Source: Nitrosopumilus sp. (GTDB lineage Archaea; Thermoproteota; Nitrososphaeria; Nitrososphaerales; Nitrosopumilaceae). From it: 64,000 nucleotides of DNA. The translations under genes and the position numbers were made by a program. Below the pieces are notes generated by a model. That model was not told the origin of the DNA. It saw only the letters and a program-made list of their open reading frames with translations, and did not search any database. This document shows positions 56,155 through 64,000 of this stretch, piece by piece; position 1 is the stretch's first letter, and each line of letters begins with the position of its first letter. The stretch is taken from NCBI GenBank assembly GCA_965218695.1, contig OZ244651.1, positions 1,600,001 to 1,664,000 of the forward strand. The letters run 5' to 3'.

Positions 56155-59100
56155 TCAGTCAGTCACGTTGATTGTCACGTTCTGCGTGGTGGTAACGCTG
56201 TTTCCATATATGTCGCTTACAGTCCAGGTTAGCACCGTGGTGCCCTCATGGAATCCGGTCAGGACGTCACCGGTGCTTAAACGGTTAGAATCTACTCTTT
56301 CAGGAATGCGTACCGGAACTCCGTCCAGGGTGCCGGTGTACGTGAATGTGAGCGACTTGCCGTCGGCTACAGAGAAGTCAAAGGCAGTGGGTGCTCCAAA
56401 GTCGCCGATATAGTACAGTCCGTCGGCGATGCGTGGCAGCGTTATGTTAAATGCAGGAGCTGGTGCGGTGATTACGGGCGGTGCGCGGTCAAAGACCAGG
56501 ATGAGTCTAGTGAGAGTGTCGGTGTTGCCCTCATCGTCGGTACAGGAGTATGATACCTGTGTCAGTCCCGCCTTGCTCGTGTCCAGCTGGCTAGTATCAA
56601 CAGTGACGCTTGAAGTTATGTCGATCTCTACGGGGAATTGACTGCCAACAGGCACCTTTCGGTCATGGCACGTTGCGCCCTTGTCCACGTAGACGCCTCC
56701 AAGCTCAACGTACGGATCCCCTTTTGAGGGGTCCGGCTGGTCGGGGGTATCATTGAAGTTGTGAGATCCTATCATTCGGACTATCGGGGAATAGTCCTGT
56801 GGTTTGAACTCTTGATCCGAAGTCGGGCTTACTGTATAAACGGAGTCGGTTTCAGGAACATTGTCAGTAAGCAGGTTGTTGGCCTTGTCCCGGATATCAT
56901 GTCCTGATGACTTTAAGTCAAGATCAAAGGTGCCGCCGGTGCCTGCATCGACGGTGACATCATACATGGCACCAGAGCCGAATGCGGGAGTAACGCTTGA
57001 GACAGAGCCCGTCCCCGTGCCTGACAGCTCAAAGTCACTACTGTCTACGCCGGTCACATCCTCGCTGAAGGTGACGCGGAACACTATGGAATCTGCGATG
57101 AAACTCTCGCCTAGGAAGGTCTGTCCTGCGATCGAGGTCAGGGCAGGCGGGATGGAATCGTCGTCGATGAATATCGTGACGGTGTCCTGGTCCCTTCCGC
57201 CGTCATTGTCAGTAACCGTAAGGGTGAACACGACTTCCTGGTCTGACGTGACCTGCGGGGAGGTAAACGTCGGAGACGACGTGTCATTAGCGTTGAGCGT
57301 CACGGACGGGCCGCTGGTGTGTTCCCACAGGTATGCCAGGATGGTACCGTCATTATCAAAGGAGCCGGTGCCGTCTAGAATGACAGGGACAAGCTCGCTT
57401 ACCGTCTGGTCCTGGCCTGCATCGGCAGTAGGCGGTTGGTTGGGGTCGGTGACCGATATGGAAAGGTCTGCGGCAGTCTCGACGGGGTTGTCGGCAGTAT
57501 CAAAGACTGCGCCCGCCTCGATGTCAAGCTGCTGGATGTCCAGTATGTTGACTGCGATCCTCTGGGCGTCTACAAGTTTTACCGTAAGGGTGCTGCCGGA
57601 GACTGACTGGGAGGAGGCACCGCTCAGGGTGACGCCGTCTGAGGACTGACCCTGTTCCCGGATGTGCAGCTTTTCAAGATCAACAGCATCCGAGATCGGC
57701 TCGCTGAAGGCCACGTTGAGGATGCCGGTGATGGTGTGGTACGCGGCGTGATCAAAGACTGGCAGAATCGTGTCGTTGACGGTGATTGACTGGTCTTCGG
57801 CAGCCGCAATCGGGTTGCCGGCAGCGTCAAAGACTGCGCCCGCCTCGATGTCAAGCTGCGGTGTTGCAATGTCGTTGACTGCGATCCTCTGGGCGTCTAC
57901 AAGGATTACCGTAAGGGTGCTGCCGGAGACTGACTGGGAGGATGAGGCGTCGCTCAGGGTGACGCCGTCCGAGGACTGGCCCTGTTCCCGGACGTGCAGC
58001 TTTGAGAGATCAACAGTATCCGAGACCGGCTCGCTGAAGGCCACGTTGAGGATGCCTTCCCCGGTGCTGTATGCAGCAGAGCTAAAGACCAGCGCTGTCC
58101 CGTCGGTAACCGATATGAGCCTGTCTGTGGTGGCTGCAATCGGGTTGCCGGAGGTGTCGGAGATGGCACCAGTATCAACGTCAAGCTGGGGGGTGCCCAT
58201 GACGTTGACGGTGTCCCTTTGTGCGGTGGAAAGCGTCACGGCAAGGGTGTTGCCGGAGGCCGACTGCAGGAAGGCGCCAGTCATGTTGACACCGCCCGAG
58301 GACTGGCCCGGTTCCCGAACGTGCAGCTTTGAGAGGTCGGCATCGTCTGTGACCGGCTCGCTGAGGGTCATGTTGAGGATGCCGGTAAGGGTATGATATG
58401 TGACAGAACCGAGGACTGGCGGAATCGTGTCGTTGACGGTGATCGGCAGGTCTTCAGCAGCCGCAATCAGGTTGCCGGAGGTGTCAGAGACGGCGCCTGC
58501 ACCAACGTCAATCTGGGGGGCCGTCATTGCGTTGACGGCGTTCTTTTGTACTGTAGGAAGAGTTACGGTAAGGGTGCTGCCTGTGATGGACAGTGATGTA
58601 ACGCCTGCCAGGGTGGTGCCGCCTGAGGACTGACCCTGTTCCCGGACGTGCAGCTTTGAGAGGTCGACGGTAGTGGAGATCGGCTCGCTGAAGGTCACGC
58701 GGAGGACGCCAGATATGGTGCTGTATGCCGAAGAGCTTAGGGTGGGTGCTGTCCCGTCGGTAACTGATATGGGCAGGTCTTCGGCGGCCACAATGGGATT
58801 GTCGGAGGTGTCGGATACGGCACCCGCGTCAACGTCAATCTGGGGCGTGCCCATGGCGTTGACGGTGTTCTTCTGGGACGTGGAAAGCTCGACTGCGAGG
58901 GTGCTGTCAGAGACTGACTGGGAGGATGCGCCGGTCATGTTGACACCGCCTGTGGACTGGCCCTGTTCTCGAATGTGAATCTTTGAGGGGTCGACGGTGG
59001 TGGAGATCGGCTCGCTGAAGGTCACGTTGAGACTGCCGGTAAGGGTGTGGTATGCGGCATAATCAAAGACAGGAGGAATCGTGTAGTAGACGGTAATGGG

Positions 59101-62100
59101 ACGGTCTGCAGCAGCAGTAATCCTGCTGCTATAAATGTCAGAGATGGCGCCCGCGTCGATGTCAAGCTGCGGGGTCGTCATGGCGTTGACTGCGTCCTTT
59201 TGTGAGGTGGAAAGCGTTACGGTGAGGGTGCTGCCGGAGACTGACAGGAAGGTAACTCCGGTCATGGTGACTCCGCCCGAGAACCGGCCTTGGTCTCGGA
59301 CGTGCAGCTTTGAGAGGTCGGCGGTAGCGGAGATTGGTTCGTTGAAGGTCACGTTGAGGATGCCTGTTCCGGTGCTGTATGTCGCAGAGACGAGGTTGGG
59401 CGCTGCCCCGTCGGTGACTATTATGGGCAGGTCTGCTGTGGCGGCGATTCCGTTGCCGGCAACGTCAGAGACTGCGCCGGTCTCAACGTCAAGCTGCGGG
59501 GTGTCCAGGGCATTGGCCGTGTTCTTCTGGGGTGTGGAAAGTTCGACTGTGAGGGTGCTGTTAGAGACTGACTGGGACGAGGCGCCGGTCAGGTTAATAC
59601 CGCCTGAGAACTGCCACGACTCGCGGACGTGAATCTTTGAGGGGTCAACGGTAGTAGAGATCGGCTCGTTGAAGGTCACGTTGAGAATCCCGGTTATGAT
59701 GTTGTATGTCGCAGAGTCAAAGTCTGGCGCGATTCCGTCAATGATGTCTACGGGGTAATCTATGGTGGCTGCATTCTGGTTGCCAGATTGGCCCGTGAAA
59801 GCACCCTTATCAATGTCAATCTGCGGGGTGCTCATGCCGTCGATTGCGTTCTTTTGGTCGGTGGTAAGTCTTAGTATGTGGTTGCCCTGTCCGTCTCCGC
59901 CCCAAAGAGCGCCTTGCAGGGTAACGCCGACTGTGGGCTGGCCGGCTTCATGGACGCGTATTTTTTCCTGATAAATCTGGGGGCGGAGATGCTCACTGAA
60001 TGTAAAGATGAGCCTGCTGGTTCCTGTATTATATGCAGCAGAGGTGAGGGTTGGCCGGATTGCGTCGTCGGTAACGTCTATGTGCTGATCCATGACGAGC
60101 GCAATCATGTTGTCGGCAGTGTCAGAGACTGCGCCGGCCTCAATGTCAAGCTGCGGGGTGTCCAAGGCGTTGACCGTGTTCTTTTGGGACGTGGAAAGTT
60201 CGACTGTGAGGGTGCTGCCCGATACTGACTGGTCGGTGGCGCCGGTCAGGGTGGCGCCGGTCAGGGTGGCGCCGCCCGAGGTCTGGCCGGAGTCGCGGAC
60301 GTGCAGCTTTGAGAGGTCGGCGGTATCGGAGATCGGCTCGCTGAAGGTCACGTTGAGGATGCCTGTTCCGGTGCTGTATGCTGCGGAGCTGAATGTGGGT
60401 GCTGCCCCGTCAGTGATTAATATGGACTGGTCTGCGGCGGCGGCGATTCCGTTGGTGGCAGTGTCGGTGACGGCGCCGGCCTCAATGTCAAGCTGCGGTG
60501 TGCCCAGGGCGTTGACCGTGTTCTGTTGGGACGTGGAAAGTTCGACTGTGAGTGTGCTGCCTGAGACTGACTGAGACGAGGCGCCGGTCAGGGTGGCGCC
60601 GCCTGATGACAGGCCGGAGTCGCGGATGTGCAGCTTTGAGAGGTCGGCGGTAGCGGAGATTGGTTCGTTGAAGGTCACGTTGAGGATGCCTGTTCCGGTA
60701 TTGTATGTTGCAGAATAAAGGACTGGCAGAGTATCGTCGACTAGGGTGATGGACAGGTCTGCCATAGCTGCAATCGGATTGTTGGAGGTGTCGGAGACCG
60801 CACCTGCATCGATGTCAATCTGGTGGGTGTCCAAGGCGTTGATTGCGTCCCTATGGACAGCATCAAGGCTTATCCTAAGAAGATTGCCAAGGACGTCATG
60901 GTGGGTGGCACTGGACATGTTAACGCCACCTGAGGACTTGCCTGATTCGCGGACATGCAGCTTTGAGAGGTCCGCGGGGGTGGAGATCGACTCGCTGAAG
61001 GTCACGGCGAGGTTGCCTGTTCCGATGTTGTATGCGGCAGAAGCAAATGTTGGCAAAACCGTGTCAGTGACGACGGTTGTTTCACCGACAAGTGATATTG
61101 TTTGGTCTGCGACAGCGTCGATTTCGTTGGTGGCAGTGTCGGAGACTGCGCCGGCCTCAATGTCAAGCTGCGGTGTGCCCAGGGCGTTGACCGTGTTCTG
61201 TTGGGACGTGGAAAGTTCAACTGTGAGGGTGCTGCCTGATACTGACTGGTCGGTGGCGCCGGTCAGGGTGGCGCCGCCCGAGGTCTGGCCGGAGTCGCGG
61301 ACATGCAGCTTTGAGAGGTCCGCGGGGGTGGAGATCGACTCGCTGAAGGTCACGGCGAGGTTGCCTGTTCCGATGTTGTATGCGGCAGAAGCAAATGTTG
61401 GCAAAACCGTGTCAGTGACGACGGTTGTTTCACCGACAAGTGATATTGTTTGGTCTGCGACAGCGTCGATTTCGTTGGTGGCAGTGTCGGAGACTGCGCC
61501 GGCCTCAATGTCAAGCTGCGGTGTGCCCAGGGCGTTGACCGTGTTCTGTTGGGACGTGGAAAGTTCAACTGTGAGGGTGCTGCCTGATACTGACTGGTCG
61601 GTGGCGCCGGTCAGGGTGGCGCCGCCCGAGGTCTGGCCGGAGTCGCGGACATGCAGCTTTGAGAGGTCCGCGGGGGTGGAGATCGACTCGCTGAAGGTCA
61701 CGGCGAGGTTGCCTGTTCCGATGTTGTATGCGGCAGAAGCAAATGTTGGCAAAACCGTGTCAGTGACGACGGTTGTTTCACCGACAAGTGATATTGTTTG
61801 GTCTGCGACAGCGTCGATTTCGTTGGTGGCAGTGTCGGAGACTGCGCCGGCCTCAATGTCAAGCTGCGGTGTGCCCAGGGCGTTGACCGTGTTCTGTTGG
61901 GACGTGGAAAGTTCAACTGTGAGGGTGCTGCCTGATACTGACTGGTCGGTGGCGCCGGTCAGGGTGGCGCCGCCCGAGGTCTGGCCGGAGTCGCGGACAT
62001 GCAGCTTTGAGAGGTCCGCGGGGGTGGAGATCGACTCGCTGAAGGTCACGGCGAGGTTGCCTGTTCCGATGTTGTATGCGGCAGAAGCAAATGTTGGCAA

Positions 62101-63174
62101 AACCGTGTCAGTGACGACGGTTGTTTCACCGACAAGTGATATTGTTTGGTCTGCGACAGCGTCGATTTCGTTGGTGGCAGTGTCGGAGACTGCGCCGGCC
62201 TCAATGTCAAGCTGGGTAGTCGTCATGGAGTTGACTGTATTCTGCTGGGCAGCAGAAAGTCTCACCGTAAGGGTGCCGACTGAGACCGGCTGGGGGATGG
62301 CGTTGGTCAGGGTGACGCCGCCTGATGACAGGCCGGACTCGCGGATGTGCAGCTTTGAGAGTTTGGTGTCAGCACCGTAGATTGGCTCGCCGAATGTAAT
62401 TCTGAGTATCCCGGTTTCGGTGTCGTATGTTGCAGAATCAAAGGTCGGCAGGGTTGTGTCATTAATAGTGATAGGCCGGTCTGCGATACCCACGATTCTG
62501 TTGTTACCGGCGTCCAAGACGGCGCCTGCTCTGATGTCAAGCTGTGGGGTCGTCATGGCGTTGACATCATTCTTTTTGGAGTCTGGAAGGAGCAGTTTGA
62601 TGGTGCTGCCGTAGACGGATTGGCTGGAATCTGTCAGGTCAACGCCGCCTGTGGACTGGCCGGACTCGCGGATGTGCAGCTTTGAGAGATCGGTTGTACT
62701 GGAGAGAGGCTCGTTGAGTGTCAGGCTGAGGGTTCCATCAGAGGTAACGTATGCGGCAGAATCAAAGGTTGGCTTGATTGTGTCATTAATAGTGATAGGC
62801 CGGTCTGTGACAGCCACGATTTTGTTGTTACCGGCGTCCGAGACGGCGTCTGCGTCGATGTCAATCTGCGGGGTGATCATGAAGTCAACGTCACTCTGTT
62901 GGGAGACAGAAAGGTTGACTGTGAGGGTGCTGCCGTCGACGGATGTGGAGGTGGCACCCGTCAGGGTGACGCCGCCTGATGACAGGCCGGACTCGCGGAC
63001 GTGCAGCTTTGAGAGGTTAACCGTAGTATCGGAGATTGGCTCGCTGAACGTCATGTCGAGAGCCCCGGTTTCGGGGGTGTATGTGGCAGAGTCGAAGGTG
63101 GGTGGCGTTCCCGAGGACTGTTTAACCAGGATGCTAGGAGAGATGGAGGGCGTCACTTTGGAAAAGAGGCCCAT
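56155..63174 (-). CDS. giant repeat surface protein (about 17 copies of a ~110-aa domain, plus PKD-like and HYR/DUF5011-like domains); N-terminus probably lost
   Basis: Repeats PTF.SA.Y...TG.L..TFSE......LSKLH.R..G...GG..L; NQPP.ADAG.DQ; no signal peptide and frame stays open up to the IS66 remnant. Confidence 0.88.
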   Translation of the reverse strand: MGLFSKVTPSISPSILVKQSSGTPPTFDSATYTPETGALDMTFSEPISDTTVNLSKLHVRESGLSSGGVTLTGATSTSVDGSTLTVNLSVSQQSDVDFMITPQIDIDADAVSDAGNNKIVAVTDRPITINDTIKPTFDSAAYVTSDGTLSLTLNEPLSSTTDLSKLHIRESGQSTGGVDLTDSSQSVYGSTIKLLLPDSKKNDVNAMTTPQLDIRAGAVLDAGNNRIVGIADRPITINDTTLPTFDSATYDTETGILRITFGEPIYGADTKLSKLHIRESGLSSGGVTLTNAIPQPVSVGTLTVRLSAAQQNTVNSMTTTQLDIEAGAVSDTATNEIDAVADQTISLVGETTVVTDTVLPTFASAAYNIGTGNLAVTFSESISTPADLSKLHVRDSGQTSGGATLTGATDQSVSGSTLTVELSTSQQNTVNALGTPQLDIEAGAVSDTATNEIDAVADQTISLVGETTVVTDTVLPTFASAAYNIGTGNLAVTFSESISTPADLSKLHVRDSGQTSGGATLTGATDQSVSGSTLTVELSTSQQNTVNALGTPQLDIEAGAVSDTATNEIDAVADQTISLVGETTVVTDTVLPTFASAAYNIGTGNLAVTFSESISTPADLSKLHVRDSGQTSGGATLTGATDQSVSGSTLTVELSTSQQNTVNALGTPQLDIEAGAVSDTATNEIDAVADQTISLVGETTVVTDTVLPTFASAAYNIGTGNLAVTFSESISTPADLSKLHVRESGKSSGGVNMSSATHHDVLGNLLRISLDAVHRDAINALDTHQIDIDAGAVSDTSNNPIAAMADLSITLVDDTLPVLYSATYNTGTGILNVTFNEPISATADLSKLHIRDSGLSSGGATLTGASSQSVSGSTLTVELSTSQQNTVNALGTPQLDIEAGAVTDTATNGIAAAADQSILITDGAAPTFSSAAYSTGTGILNVTFSEPISDTADLSKLHVRDSGQTSGGATLTGATLTGATDQSVSGSTLTVELSTSQKNTVNALDTPQLDIEAGAVSDTADNMIALVMDQHIDVTDDAIRPTLTSAAYNTGTSRLIFTFSEHLRPQIYQEKIRVHEAGQPTVGVTLQGALWGGDGQGNHILRLTTDQKNAIDGMSTPQIDIDKGAFTGQSGNQNAATIDYPVDIIDGIAPDFDSATYNIITGILNVTFNEPISTTVDPSKIHVRESWQFSGGINLTGASSQSVSNSTLTVELSTPQKNTANALDTPQLDVETGAVSDVAGNGIAATADLPIIVTDGAAPNLVSATYSTGTGILNVTFNEPISATADLSKLHVRDQGRFSGGVTMTGVTFLSVSGSTLTVTLSTSQKDAVNAMTTPQLDIDAGAISDIYSSRITAAADRPITVYYTIPPVFDYAAYHTLTGSLNVTFSEPISTTVDPSKIHIREQGQSTGGVNMTGASSQSVSDSTLAVELSTSQKNTVNAMGTPQIDVDAGAVSDTSDNPIVAAEDLPISVTDGTAPTLSSSAYSTISGVLRVTFSEPISTTVDLSKLHVREQGQSSGGTTLAGVTSLSITGSTLTVTLPTVQKNAVNAMTAPQIDVGAGAVSDTSGNLIAAAEDLPITVNDTIPPVLGSVTYHTLTGILNMTLSEPVTDDADLSKLHVREPGQSSGGVNMTGAFLQSASGNTLAVTLSTAQRDTVNVMGTPQLDVDTGAISDTSGNPIAATTDRLISVTDGTALVFSSAAYSTGEGILNVAFSEPVSDTVDLSKLHVREQGQSSDGVTLSDASSSQSVSGSTLTVILVDAQRIAVNDIATPQLDIEAGAVFDAAGNPIAAAEDQSITVNDTILPVFDHAAYHTITGILNVAFSEPISDAVDLEKLHIREQGQSSDGVTLSGASSQSVSGSTLTVKLVDAQRIAVNILDIQQLDIEAGAVFDTADNPVETAADLSISVTDPNQPPTADAGQDQTVSELVPVILDGTGSFDNDGTILAYLWEHTSGPSVTLNANDTSSPTFTSPQVTSDQEVVFTLTVTDNDGGRDQDTVTIFIDDDSIPPALTSIAGQTFLGESFIADSIVFRVTFSEDVTGVDSSDFELSGTGTGSVSSVTPAFGSGAMYDVTVDAGTGGTFDLDLKSSGHDIRDKANNLLTDNVPETDSVYTVSPTSDQEFKPQDYSPIVRMIGSHNFNDTPDQPDPSKGDPYVELGGVYVDKGATCHDRKVPVGSQFPVEIDITSSVTVDTSQLDTSKAGLTQVSYSCTDDEGNTDTLTRLILVFDRAPPVITAPAPAFNITLPRIADGLYYIGDFGAPTAFDFSVADGKSLTFTYTGTLDGVPVRIPERVDSNRLSTGDVLTGFHEGTTVLTWTVSDIYGNSVTTTQNVTINVTD
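60947..62214. repeat. 348-bp apparently identical intragenic tandem repeat, about 3.6 copies
   Basis: Identical off-frame ORFs at 61002, 61350 and 61698; 116-aa unit. Confidence 0.93.
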
Positions 63175-63279
63175 CTCCGTGGTGTTGGCAACTATTGTTA
63201 TGTCATAGCTGGATTTGGCGGAATAGGTAAGAGGTCGCCTTTGCGAAGCGATTTCGTGCCTGATCTGCCCCGATTAATT

Positions 63280-64000
63280 ACCAACTGAGCTACGTTTTCG
63301 GCCATAAATGCCCATTTAATTGGCATTATTCAGGGTTTTTTCCGGGCGGGGATGAGGCTCGGCTGAGCTGTATTTTGGCCGATCCGGTGATCGGGCTTGC
63401 GAAGTGGCCTTTTTTGGCGCTGTCCGGGGCGGTGCGTTGTGCCCGAATCGGGTGGCGGGCCGGCACGGCGGCCTGACATGTGTCAGGCAACCGGTGCTGT
63501 GGGGGTCGCGCAGGACATGCAGGGCAGCCATGGATGGATTTTGCAGGATTTATACCGTTGCTGCTGCTGCTGCCGGTATTTTTTCGACCATGCCTCGCAT
63601 GTAGTCGACCAAAAAGTCGTGCGGGTTGACGCCGCGCATCCTGCACGTCTCGCGGATGCTGGCCAGGACGGCGTGGTTGTATGCGCCGGCAAGGCTCTTG
63701 CTGCCGCCTGAGACCTTCCGGGATGCGACGCTGGGCCGCAGGGGGCGCTCGGCATCGTTGTTATGGCACTTTGTGTTGAGGCGGATGAATGGGAACAGGT
63801 GGGTGATCTCGCGCCGCAGCCGCTTGACAAACCGCTTGCAGTGGGGTTCGGTGTAGCTGCCAGACATCAGGCGCCTCACCCGGGCCAGGAGGTTGCGCAC
63901 CTTGAGGTTTCGCGCGGCCGCATCATCGTTCGGGTTGAGTCCCTTCTCTGCGTGCCAGGAATCGATGATTATCCCCTTTAGGGCCTTGGCAAACTTTTTG
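63280..64000 (-). mobile_element. IS66 3' part (runs off window end); boundary approximate
   Basis: KRFVKRL.RE..HLF.F...HNNDAERPLR...RKVSGG..S...SI.ETC. Confidence 0.85.

Noticed and set aside
56429-63208. Long plus-strand ORFs such as 60746-62380
   Set aside because: Antisense shadows of the giant surface-protein gene.
63278-63294. tRNA-like D-arm GTAGCTCAGTTGGTA on the minus strand
   Set aside because: D-stem does not close, and there is no anticodon or T arm.

Overview
Window from an ammonia-oxidising archaeon (Nitrosopumilaceae-like, judged from the TBP, helicase and small conserved proteins). It is probably host-associated, given the extreme IS load: about 26 kb, roughly 40% of the window, from the IS630, IS66, IS5, ISH3, IS110 and IS6 families, often nested. 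Bases 1-6.5 kb look like core genome (ilvD end, DinG/Rad3 helicase, small conserved genes). From a tyrosine integrase at 6.7 kb to about 54.7 kb lies a shattered accessory region with an extra TBP, thermonuclease, Vsr, a methyltransferase, two SNF2-type helicases, a SWIM protein and a surface-protein gene broken by three ISs. A giant repeat surface protein fills 56-63 kb. Top finding: an IS110 element (21550-22945) whose non-coding end contains segments matching all four arms of its own donor and target junctions (a bridge/seek-RNA-like guide). A transposase-free homolog of that RNA sits at about 54.85-54.99 kb (43/56 aligned positions identical) and resembles, from memory, the orphan archaeal HgcC ncRNA. 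Also notable is an IS5 transposase with a 29x perfect-heptad (QKDKKLE) coiled-coil extension.
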